This document shows positions 48,003 through 60,000 of a stretch of DNA of 64,000 nt, piece by piece. The stretch's first letter is position 1; each line of letters starts with the position of its first letter. The notes below the pieces were generated by a model. The model did no database searches, was not told the origin of the DNA, and saw only the letters and a program-made list of their open reading frames with translations. This stretch comes from Macrostomum lignano (lineage: Eukaryota), in contig NIVC01001089.1 of assembly GCA_002269645.1 (NCBI GenBank), forward strand, positions 186,001-250,000. Direction: 5' to 3'. Both the position numbers and the translations under genes were made by a program.

Positions 48003-51000
48003 TCACTGATTGTGATGATTGTGTCGATGACTTCGGCTGGAGCTTCTTCGCCTAGATTTGTGATGCGAGGATTTCCGTTTGTGTCGCTTGTGATGGTTTT
48101 GGCGGCGACTGTGGCGGCGATCGTGCTGCTGGTGATGGTGACGCTTGCTGCGTTTCTGTGGGAAAAAATGAAAAGAAAAATATCACAGCGGTAAAGCAGC
48201 TCAGCGCGTTAAGTCCATGGGGCCACACCCATGGAGTTCGTGCACGGCATTTAGCGGATGCGCTGCAAAAGCGCGCAGTTGCATAAGCACAGCAGTTGCA
48301 TAAGCGCACAGTTGCATAAGCGCGCAGTTGCATAAGCGCAGCAGTTGCATAGGCACGCAGAGTAATAAGCCCACAGCCACAGTTGCATAAGCGCAGCAGT
48401 TGCATAAGCGCAGCAGTTGTATAAGCGCGCAGAGTAATAAGCCTACAGTTGCATAAGCACGCAGTTGCATAAGCGCACAGTTGCATAAGCGCGCAGTTGC
48501 ATAAGCACAGCAGTTGCATAAGCACGCAGTTGCATAAGCGCACAGTTGCATAAGCGCACAGTTGCATAAGCGCGCAGAGTAATAAGCCCACAGCCACAGC
48601 TGCATAAGCGCGCAGAGTAATAAGCCCGCAGTTACATAAGCACGCAGTTTCATAAGCGCAGCAGTTGCATAAGCGCGCAGAGTAATAAGCCCGCAGTTGC
48701 ATAAGCCCGCAGTTGCGTAAGCACGCAGTTGCGTAAGCACGCAGTTGCATAAGCGCGCAGTTGCATTAGAGCACATATACATAAGCGCTAGTTGCATAAG
48801 CGCAAATTTGCAATAAACAATACAAACAATGTAGCAAATTTCAAGTTACCTTAGCGGTTTCCCGATCGCTGCTACTACTGCTATCGTCACTGTCGCTGTT
48901 GCAGTCTTCTTTGGCGCTATTGTGAGCACTGTGCGCTGCTGCGGCGGAAGCGGCGGCGGCGGTGGCCTCGGCTGCGGCGGGTCCGGAGCAGCATTCCACC
49001 CAGTCGTATTCAGACGAGGAAGGCGACGAAGAGGACTGGTCTTGGCTTGCTTTCCGCTTCAAGTTGGACGATTGTTGATGCCGCTGCTGCTGCTGCTGAG
49101 GTTCGGAGTTCGAAGCGGCTGGCAGCTGATACGACGGCGGCGGAGTCCGTGCCGACGCTCTAGCATCAACTGGCGCAGATGCCGACGCCACGACTGACTT
49201 AGTAGGCTGCGGAGGCGTCAACTGCATCACGAGTTGTTGCTTTTGCTGTTGCTGCTGCTGCTGCTGCAGAGGCACCGGGACACAGCTGAACTTGTTGCCC
49301 TCAACCTTGTGTATTTTCAATCGAATACAAGTGGACGACGGCGACGCGGCGGCAGAGGCGGACGAATGAGACGGCGACTGGGAAGGACTGCCGTAGCTAA
49401 CCAATAACTCCCTGTTGCCAGCCTGAGCTGCTGCAGCCTGAGCTGTCGAATCGCTTGTAGAACCGTTGTTGCTCTTTGAAGAATAGCAACTAGAGTTGAC
49501 ATTGCGAGCGGACATGAACTGCAACAGGTCGGTTTTGCTGCCACTACTGGTGCTGCTACCGCTGCTAACTGATCCGCTGCCATTGCAATTGCCATTGCTG
49601 GAGTTATTGCGCAGGACAAACACTGGACGCGGTGTGAACATCGGTCCGGACGATGTTGTCGACGTTATAGTGGACTGAATCGGACTAGCGGCCGATGACA
49701 CCAGCACGCGAATAGTGGAAGTGGACGGAATCGATCGAACGGCAGCCGTCTGGCTAGTCGGTATCGATGACGCCGGTATCAGCGGAGCAGCAGCAATAGG
49801 CGGCGTCGGATGAGGCGCATCCACAGTGGACACGGGCCTGGCGCCGTTGCTACTATTGCTGTTATTGTTGACAAGAGCTGACAGGTCAGTCCGCCTGTAG
49901 AACAGAATATACGGGCAAGAGTTCAGCACCCGAGTCTCGCTGATTCGTTCAACCGAGGCATCGTTCAAGCACCACCAGGCTTCGTTGCGTTTAGCGTAGC
50001 AATAATAGTGCCCAAACTTGGTGCTGGCGCCGTGGTGTATGACCACGGAGTACAGGTCGTATTGCACTGGCCGGCCTCGCTTAGACATGAACGGACGCAG
50101 GTCCAGACTAAGCGGAAACTCAACAAACCGGCTAATCTTGCTGTTGTGACCCCATTGGAATCGGTTCAACTGGATAGTTAAGATTGGCGGGCCAACAGCG
50201 ATGCTGAAACTCTTCATAGCAGTCACTTTTGTGCGACATTTCTCGCATTTGTAAGCGTTGGAGTCTTTCAACAGATCGGCGGATACAAACCGCTGCAGAC
50301 AGTCGATCAAGTTGTTGCTGCTCTGGATGCACAGGCTTAGATCCATGAAATCGTCGAATGTCTGCGACTGGGCGCCGCATTTTGAGCAGAGTACGGACGA
50401 TTTGAGCTTGCCACAGAATAGCACTCGGATTGGATTGGATGCGCGCCTGTTGGTTGCAAAAAAGCAGTAAATTTTATAAATTGCTCAGGTACCTAACGGT
50501 ATTACTGCTCCCGCAACTTATCAGCAGGTATAGCTCGTATTATCGGGACACTGCTACTCATCACACAGGTACTTTTGACGGCCACAACTCGGGTACTTTT
50601 GACAGGACACAGCTACTCATCAACCGGTATGTTTGACTGGACACACAGCTACTCATCAACCGGTATGTTTGGCAGGACACACAGCAACTCATCAACCGGT
50701 ATGTTTGGTAGAACACACAGCTACTCATCAACCGGTATGTTTGACTGGACACACAGCTACTCATCAACCGGTATGTTTGACTGGACACACAGCTACTCAT
50801 CAACCGGTATGTTTGACTGGACACACAGCTACTCATCAACCGGCATGTTTGGCAGGACACACAGCAACTCATCAACCGGTATGTTTGGTAGAACACACAG
50901 CTACTCATCAACCGGTATGTTTGGTAGAACACACAGCTACTCATCAACCGGTATGTTTGGCAGGACACACAGCTACTCATCAACCGGTATGTTTGGCAGG

Positions 51001-52767
51001 ACACACAGCTACTCATCAACCGGAATGTTTGAATGGACACACAGCTACTCATCAACCGGTATGTTTGACAGGACACAGCTACTCATCAACCGGTATGTTT
51101 GGCAGGACACACAGCTACTCATCAACCGGTATGTTTGGCAGGACACACAGCTACTCATCAACCGGAATGTTTGAATGGACACACAGCTACTCATCAACCG
51201 GTATGTTTGACAGGACACAGCTACTCATCAACCGGTATGTTTGGTAGAACACACAGCTACTCATCAACCGGCATGTTTGGCAGGACACACAGCAACTCAT
51301 CAACCGGTATGTTTGGTAGAACACACAGCTACTCATCAACCGGTATGTTTGGTAGAACACACAGCTACTCATCAACCGGTATGTTTGGCAGGACACACAG
51401 CTACTCATCAACCGGAATGTTTGGTAGAACACACAGCTACTCATCAACCGGTATGTTTGGTAGAACACACAGCTACTCATCAACCGGTATGTTTGACTGG
51501 ACACACAGCTACTCATCAACCGGTATGTTTGACTGGACACACAGCTACTCATCAACCGGCATGTTTGGCAGGACACACAGCAACTCATCAACCGGTATGT
51601 TTGGTAGAACACACAGCTACTCATCAACCGGTATGTTTGGTAGAACACACAGCTACTCATCAACCGGTATGTTTGGCAGGACACACAGCTACTCATCAAC
51701 CGGAATGTTTGAATGGACACACAGCTACTCATCAACCGGTATGTTTGACAGGACACAGCTACTCATCAACCGGTATGTTTGGTAGAACACACAGCTACTG
51801 ATCAACCGGAATGTTTGACTGGACACACAGCTACTCATCAACCGGTATGTTTGACAGGACACAGCTACTCATCAACCGGTATGTTTGGTAGAACACACAG
51901 CTACTCATCAACCGGTATGTTTGGTAGAACACACAGCTACTCATCAACCGGTATGTTTGGTAGAACACACAGGTACTCATCAACCGGTATGTTTGGTAGA
52001 ACACACAGCTACTCATCAACCGGTACGTTTGACAGGACACAGCTACTCATCAACCGGTCCTTTGGTGGTTAATAGTTGAAAAAAACGGGACGAGACAATG
52101 ATCAATTTAGTAGAGATTTTAAATGAAATGAAACAAAATTAGACACAAAAGAACCTACTTCAAGTAATATAAATGTCACAAAATGTCTAAAAAAGGACAC
52201 AGCGGACTCTTACTTAGACTCGGCGCCCGTATAACCGTGCAAACAATTGCTCTCCATATAGTCCAATAGGCCGCGCAAAAACTCGTGCGCATCCTCTTGC
52301 CGATTAAGGCGCATTGTAGGCGATATAGCGCTCAATCTGTTCATGAAAGCGCGCGGATAACAGGCCGACCCGGGGCCGCAGCTGTAGCGCTTATAATAGC
52401 GCACAAATTCGCAAACTGCGCACCATTTGTCAACGCTAGGCACAATTCTACAAGTTGACACGTGACTGCTCAATACGAAATTGATAAAAGCCGGCGTGTG
52501 CAGCAGAGACTGGAGCACAGAGATCATATAGCAGTAGTTGCCTTCGTTAGTGAAGCCAAACGGTAGACCAGTGTAGCTGTGCTGCAGCTGTACCAGCTTG
52601 TAGGAGAACAGCTTTGGTTGCTGCTGCTGCTGCTGCTGCAGATGCTGCTGCCTGTCTCCATTCAATAATCTGTGATGCCCGTAGCCGTTCGAAGTTGAAG
52701 CGATCGATCCGTTGCTATTAGAGCCATTCTGCTGCTGCTGCTGCTGCTGCAGGATGGGTGCCAGCAT
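48003..52767 (-). CDS. USP36: Ubiquitin-specific protease, USP36/USP42-like (about 767 aa). Exons 52767-52214, 50446-48850, 48155-48003
   Basis: Cys box GFTNEGNYCYMISVLQSL, QEDAHEFL, CxxC pair (CSKC, CEKC), LTIQLNRF, His box HHGASTKFGHYYCY...WWCLNDASV. Low-complexity C-terminus with a basic His/Arg/Lys tail. Introns are in phase. The assignment to USP36 rather than USP42 is inferred. Confidence 0.85.
48265..48815. repeat. Minisatellite, about 16-bp unit in USP36 intron 2
   Basis: Unit gcagttgcataagcgc and variants. Confidence 0.92.
50590..52060. repeat. Minisatellite, 36-bp unit (about 40 copies) in USP36 intron 1
   Basis: Unit gacacacagctactcatcaaccggtatgtttggcag. Confidence 0.95.
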
Positions 52768-52970
52768 CCCGGGACGCTGGGCGGCGATTGATGAAGCCAG
52801 AATTGTCAAATTAGTATCACTTGTAACCAGATAAATTTATATTAATTATTATTTAATCCAGATTCCAAAACTGCGGCGACTCAATTCGGCATGCGATCAG
52901 ATCAGGAATGTTTGGCAACCTTTCTGATTAAGCTACTAAAAGTAGTATTATGATTCAATTTTAGGTCTAC

Positions 52971-53251
52971 ATAATAATAATAATTTGATTACACCTGCCC
53001 TAATGGGAAGATGTGCAACCGACAGCTCAGCCGCAGCTATTGCGCGGCGCATCTGAAGGCTGCGTACGGCTGTTCAGTCCAAGGACTGGGGGGTCGCCAC
53101 ACACACCCTCAATTACCCCAGCTGGGTGAACTCAAGCAATGTAGAGTCAAGTGTCTTGCTCAAGGACACAAATTGTTCCGAGTGGGTCGAGAATCGAACC
53201 CCAGACCTTCAAGTCGTGAGTTCGACGCTTTAACCACTAGGCTACAACCCC
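52971..53251 (-). mobile_element. CORE-like SINE, copy 4 (near full length)
   Basis: Minus strand reads GGGGTTGTAGCCTAGTGGTTAAAGCGTCGAACTCACGACTTGAAGGTCTGGGGTTCGATTC..., with an (ATT)n tail and a 9-bp TSD taggtctac/tagttctac (52962-52970, 53252-53260). Confidence 0.92.
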
Positions 53252-53461
53252 TAGTTCTACAAAGATCGACAAAAACTTAAAATAAATCAGGTAAATAAAT
53301 GAAGAGCAAAAATGCACTTAATCAGCAATAAAATCCCAAAAAACCATAAATTAACCTTGTATTTTTATTTAATAAATTCTCAGTAACATTGACAGAAGAA
53401 AAAACACGATTGGAAACACACTGGACAAGATAGTTATGTATATAGTTTTTTTAATTCTGAC

Positions 53462-53893
53462 CACAGATACTATAATAACTAGATGGGCCTCTCAGCACAT
53501 TTGCGTGTAAGCTACTGTCAGTTCAGTAGTAAGTTGTTAAACAGAAGCATCTTAATGTATTTTTTAAGCCAAGGTTCATTTATTAGCTCTTACCCTCCAC
53601 TAAATCCTGTAATTGCGCCTTATCAAGACTACCCCTTGCCCCACCCCAATTTTTATTGCCTTTCTCGGAATTCCAGTCTAAAGTAGCCATGTACATTTCA
53701 GTGGACTGGCTAATGAACATTATTGCTGAACCAATTAGCAAGTTGTTCTTCCAAACTTATCAACGTCATTCCAGCTGCCTTTATTTTTATAAAATAGCTT
53801 ATGTTTTCTTCTTTGCTACTGAACTGAAAGTAGAAAGCTGATTTGCTAAGTATATGTGCCTGAGTGGCCTATCTAGACATTTTATTATCTGCG
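53462..53893. mobile_element. hAT-like MITE, family A, copy 2
   Basis: TIR cacagatactataataactagatgggcc / ggcctatctagacattttattatctgcg. 8-bp TSD attctgac/actctgac (7/8). Confidence 0.85.
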
Positions 53894-54071
53894 ACTCTGA
53901 CTAACATTTCGAAAACCAATTTTTGCTAGACTACTAACTCAAGAGTAGTTTAAGCGATTATTAATACCATAATTTATGATAGAACATCTAGAGATATATA
54001 TCTAGGGATACTATAGTCATTAACAATGCCCTACACCATCAGTTATTGGAGCTAAGACAAAAAAATCTAAT

Positions 54072-57000
54072 CTACCAACGTCCGCCGCGAGCTTTCTTCT
54101 TTTTCTGCTGCTGCTGTTGCTGCTTCGGCTTAGTCGCCGTGGCGGCGGCGGCTGCTGCTCCGACAGCCGATTCTGAAGGGGCAGCAGCGGCCGCGGCGGC
54201 GCCTTCGGCAGCTTCAGCGGCGGCGGCCATCTGTCTGGCTCGAACGTCCAAATCGCCGGAGGCCGCGGTGGCGCCCTGCGGTCCGCGCGTCATCTGCCTG
54301 TGCTTGTCCTTCTTCTTGCCCCGATAGTAGGAGCGCTCCCGGCGGGGCAGCCAGCGCTCGGTGTCGGGCGGCGGCCCGGCAGGATCGAAGTTCTTAGGCA
54401 GCTTGCCCTTCTTCTTTTTCTTCTTCTGAGCGGCGGCAGCCGAGGCTGGCGAAGCGGCGGCCTGCTTAGCCGCTTCTCTGCGGATGCGAGAAATATATTG
54501 ATTTTGATCTGTTTGTCAACAATAATTGCCGCCGAAGTTGAGATACTGGCGCTAAAGTTGAGATACTGGCGCTAAAGTTGAGATACTGGCGCTTAATTTG
54601 AGTTACTGGCGCTAAAGTTGAGATACTGGCGCATAATTTGAGTTACTAGCGCGTTAAAGTTGAGATACTGGCGCTAAAGTTGAGATACTGGCGCTAAAGT
54701 TGAGATACTGGCGCATAATTTGAGTTACTAGCGCGTTAAAGTTGAGATACTGGCGCTAAAGTTGAGATACTGGCGCTAAAGTTGAGATACTGGCGCATAA
54801 TTTGAGTTACTGGCGCGTTAAAGTTGAGATACTGGCGCTAAAGTTGAGATACTGGCGCATAATTTGAGTTACTGGCGCGTTAAAGTTGAGATACTGGCGC
54901 TAAAGTTGAGATACTGGCGCTAAAGTTGAGATACTGGCGCATAATTTGAGTTACTGGCGCGTTAAAGTTGAGATACTGGCGCTAAAGTTGAGATACTGGC
55001 GCTAAAGTTGAGATACTGGCGCATAATTTGAGTTACTGGCGCGTTAAAGTTGAGATACTGGCGCTAAAGTTGAGATACTGGCGCTAAAGTTGAGATACTG
55101 GCGCATAATTTGAGTTACTGGCGCGTTAAAGTTGAGATACTGGCGCTAAAGTTGAGATACTGGCGCTAAAGTTGAGATACTGGCGCTAAAGTTGAGATAC
55201 TGGCGCTAAAGTTGAGATACTGGCGCTAAAGTTGAGATACTGGCGCATAATTTGAGTTACTGGCGCGTTAAAGTTGAGATACTGGCGCTAAAGTTGAGAT
55301 ACTGGCGCTAAAGTTGAGATACTGGCGCATAATTTGAGTTACTGGCGCGTTAAGTTGAGATACTGGCGCTAAAGTTGAGATACTGGCGCTAAAGTTGAGA
55401 TACTGGCGCTAAAGTTGAGATACTGGCGCATAATTTGAGTTACTGGCGCGTTAAAGTTGAGATACTGGCGCTAAAGTTGAGATACTGGCGCATAATTTGA
55501 GTTACTGGCGCGTTAAAGTTGAGATACTGGCGCTAAAGTTGAGATACTGGCGCTAAAGTTGAGATACTGGCGCATAATTTGAGTTACTGGCGCGTTAAAG
55601 TTGAGATACTGGCGCTAAAGTTGAGATACTGGCGCTAAAGTTGAGATACTGGCGCTAAAGTTGAAATACTGGCGTGTTAAAGTTGAGATACCGGCGCTAA
55701 AGTTGAGATACTGGCGCATAATTTGAGTTACTGGCGCGTTAAAGTTGAGATACTGGCGCTAAAGTTGAGATACTGGCGCATAATTTGAGTTACTGGCGCG
55801 TTAAAGTTGAGATACTGGCGCTAAAGTTGAGATACTGGCGCATAATTTGAGTTACTGGCGCGTTAAAGTTGAGATACTGGCGCCAAAGTTGAAATACTGG
55901 CGCATAATTTGAGTTACTGGCGCGTTAAAGTTGAGATACTGGCGCCAAAGTTGAGATACTGGCGCCAAGTTGAGATACTGGCGCTAAAGTTGAGATACTG
56001 GCGCCAAAGTTGAGATACTGGCGCCAAGTTGAGATACTGGCGCTAAAGTTGAGATACTGGCGCTAAAGTTGAAATACTGGCGTGTTAAAGTTGAGATACC
56101 GGCGCTAAAGTTGAGATACTGGCGCCAAGTTGAGATACTGGCGCTAAAGTTGAGATACTGGCGCCAAAGTTGAGATACTGGCGCCAAGTTGAGATACTGG
56201 CGCTAAAGTTGAGATACTGGCGCTAAAGTTGAAATACTGGCGTGTTAAAGTTGAGATACCGGCGCTAAAGTTGAGATACTGGCGCATAATTTGAGTTACT
56301 GGCGCATAATTTGAGTTACTGGCGCATAATTTGAGTTACTGGCGTGTTAAAGTTGAGATACCGGCGCTAAAGTTGAGATACTGGCGCATAATTTGAGTTA
56401 CTGGCGCGTTAAAGTTGAGATACTGGCGCTAAAGTTGAGATACTGGCGCATAATTTGAGTTACTGGCGCGTTAAAGTTGAGATACTGGCGCTAAAGTTGA
56501 GATACTGGCGCATAATTTGAGTTACTGGCGCGTTAAAGTTGAGATACTGGCGCCAAAGTTGAAATACTGGCGCATAATTTGAGTTACTGGCGCGTTAAAG
56601 TTGAGATACTGGCGCCAAAGTTGAGATACTGGCGCCAAGTTGAGATACTGGCGCTAAAGTTGAGATACTGGCGCCAAAGTTGAGATACTGGCGCCAAGTT
56701 GAGATACTGGCGCTAAAGTTGAGATACTGGCGCTAAAGTTGAAATACTGGCGTGTTAAAGTTGAGATACCGGCGCTAAAGTTGAGATACTGGCGCCAAAG
56801 TTGAGTTGCTGGCGCGTTAAAGTTGAGATACTGGCGCTAAAGTTTAGATGATACTGGCGCTAAAGTTGATGCTGGCGCTAAATTTGAGATACTAGCGCCA
56901 AAGATTAACTACTGCGCTAAGGGTTAGCTACTGGCGCTAAAGTTGAGATATAATAAACAAGCCAAACTTACTTTTCACCGGATTTAGCCGGTCCAGGAGC

Positions 57001-60000
57001 CCGCTTGGCCGAATATTTCGAGCCGAACGCGAACGAGCTTTCCAATTGGTCGGCGTCAAAGTCCGCACGAGAGCCGCTAGTGAGAGCCAGCAGGGAATCG
57101 GTCTCTTTCAATAGGCGCGAAGTCTCTTCAGCTTTGGGCGGATCGAACTGGGCGTAGGCGTGCACCAGAGAGGCGATCAGGCGCTGATCGTTTGGCGTCA
57201 GCTGGAGCAGCTCAGAGTAGAGCGCGGCCGCCGCTGGATAGTTGCCGCCCGACTGTTCGAATCTGGAATTGCATTGCCGCAATTTGCGATGCGAATTAAT
57301 ACTATGGTTACTACTGGCCAATGAAATCAGTAGTGAGATTTTAACATCGTAGGATCTGAAAGGGAGACAATGTGATGATCCGAGAGGCTGGCCCAGCAGC
57401 TGAGGATCTGGGAGGCTGGCAGCCCAGCAACTGAGGATCTGGGAGGCTGGCCCAGCAACTGGAGATCTGGGAGGCTGGCCCAGCATCTGAGGATCTGGGA
57501 GACTGACGCAGCAGCATAGGACACGCACCTAGCGCTGAGCTTGAGCAGTATCTTGTGCTTCTCATCGTCCGGCTCAGTCTCGCTGTAGTGCCGCCTAGCG
57601 TCGGCCAGAAACTCGGTGACAGCGTCGCGATCTTCAACGCTGGCGTACAATCGCATAACAGCGGAGACGATGCGATCAGAGAACAGCAAATCTGGCGGCA
57701 GCTGTTTCAAAGCTTCGCAGGCTTGCCTAGGCGAGCCGGCCTGTGCAAACAGCTGAGCCAGGGCTATGCGAGTCTGCACCAGGTCGGGCTGTTGAGCGCA
57801 CAGCGATTCCAGATAGTTCGTAGCCGAAGCGTTGACTCCGCCGCCACCGGAGGCGCCACCGGGAGTGCGCTCGCGAGCCAGCTGGGCGGCCACGATCAGC
57901 GCCAGGGTCTCGTTGTTGGGATCCGATTTTAACAGCTGCTCAGCTGAGCGCTTGCACAGATCGCCTAGGGATGGGAATTCAGGATGTTTTAATTTATAGT
58001 TCAGTTTATATATATTCTACTATCATGAATAGATTGGACAGTAGTACAGGAGGATACATTGTGTCCTACACTGGGTCCTAATAAGACACACAGGGTCCTG
58101 CTAAGAGACACAGGGTCCTGCTAAGAGACACAGGGTCCTGCTAAAAGACACAGGGTTCTGCTAAGAGACACGGGGTTCTGCTAAGAGACACAGGGTTCTG
58201 CTAAGAGACACAGGGTCCTGCTAAGACACACAGGGTCCTGCTAAGAGACACTGTATATCTAGAGGACATTATACAAAAAATCGCAGACAAACCAATGCAT
58301 TGAAAAATTATAATAATCGCTCACCTTGATTGCTATACAAATAGACCAGGCACTGGTTCATAGCGATAGCTTGCTTCTGTTTCTTAGTCAGCTTCTGTTT
58401 CAAAGCGTCCCCGCTAGCAAATTTGATTCGCTTCTTGCTGTCGAACAGATTCTGATCCCGATTAGCGCACACCAGGTTGTTTGCGCACACGGCTAGAAGG
58501 CTGGCGTCAGCCAGTTTGGCATTGGCAATTGACTGGTAGGTCTTTCTGGCCTCCTGCTGCCGCTGCTGATTGCCCGTTTTCTGGAAGATGAGTAACAAAG
58601 TTCAAATCCATTAAAACCACGGATCTCAGAATTGGGACACCAGGGGTCTCAGGATTGTCAGGACACCAGGGGTCTCTCAAGATTGTCAGGACACCACGGG
58701 TCTCAGGATTGTCAGGACACCAGGGGTCTCTCAGGATTGTCAGGACACCAGGGGTCTCAGGATTGTCAGGACACCAGGGGTCTCAGGATTGTCAGGACAC
58801 CAGGGGTCTCTCAGGATTGTCAGGACACCAGGGGTCTCAGGATTGTCAGGACACCAGGGGTCTCAGGATTGGGACATCAGGGGTCTCAGGATTGTCAGGA
58901 CACCAGGGGTCTCTCAGGATTGTCAGGACACCAGGGGTCTCAGGATTGTCAGGACACCAGGGGTCTCAGGATTGTCAGGACACCAGGGGTCTCAGGATTG
59001 GGACCAGAGGTCTCAGGATTGTCAGGACACCACGGGTCTCAGGATTGGGACCAGAGGTCTCAGGATGCATAAAGAGGACCGATTTGATTTCAAAGCTCTG
59101 ATTTCGAAGTCAGATTTAGATTTAGGGTTACGACAAGACAAGTTTCAAGATTTAGACGCCAAATACTATTACAATGATATCCAGTAGAACACAAAGCTTT
59201 CATGATCACAAGATATATTTATATACATAGAACTGTAGCCCACCTGAGCGAGGTAAGCCTGCTGAAACTGTATCGGCGCCAGCTCTTCCATCAGAGTCTC
59301 CTGATCGTCCTCGGCCAGGGCCTCGCGGCAGGTTCGCTCCGCTTCGCTCAGCGTCTCGGCCGCTTCGTCTAGACGGCCGCGGCCAATCAGAGCGCAAGCC
59401 ACGTTATAAAGTTGGTCGTACGTGTCCCTGGGTGGAAGCGCATTTCGGTGTACCGGTACCAGTTAGAGAGCCAGTCTTAGTTGAACTGCTACCCTCCCAA
59501 CTCCTGCTGCTACCCTCCCCAACTCCTGCTGCTGCTACCCTCTCCAACTCCTGCTGCTACCCTCCCCAACTCCTGCTGCTACCCTCCCCAACTCCTGCTG
59601 CTGCTACCCTCTCCAACTCCTGCTGCTACCCTCCCCAACTCCTGCTGCTACCCTCCCCAACTCCTGCTGCTACCCTCCCCAACTCCTGCTGCTGCTACCC
59701 TCTCCAACTCCTGCTGCTACCCTCCCCAACTCCTGCTGCTACCCTCCCCAACTCCTGCTGCTGCTACCCTCTCCAACTCCTGCTGCTACCCTCCCCAACT
59801 CCTGCTGCTACCCTCCCCAACTCCTGCTGCTACCCTCCCCAACTCCTGCTGCTACCCTCCCAACTCCTGCTGCTACCCTCCCCAACTCCTGCTGCTGCTA
59901 CCCTCTCCAACTCCTGCTGCTACCCTCCCCAACTCCTGCTGCTACCCTCCCCAACTCCTGCTGCTACCCTCCCAACTCCTGCTGCTACCCTCCCCAACTC

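Noticed and set aside
50590-52060. 36-bp repeat with a short variable segment, superficially CRISPR-like
   Set aside because: Units are head-to-tail with only about 6 variable bases, there are no unique spacers or cas genes, and it lies inside a spliceosomal intron.
52767-54072. SRP72-USP36 as an operon-like pair
   Set aside because: The 1.3-kb gap is filled by a SINE and a MITE, and nothing in the sequence supports co-transcription.
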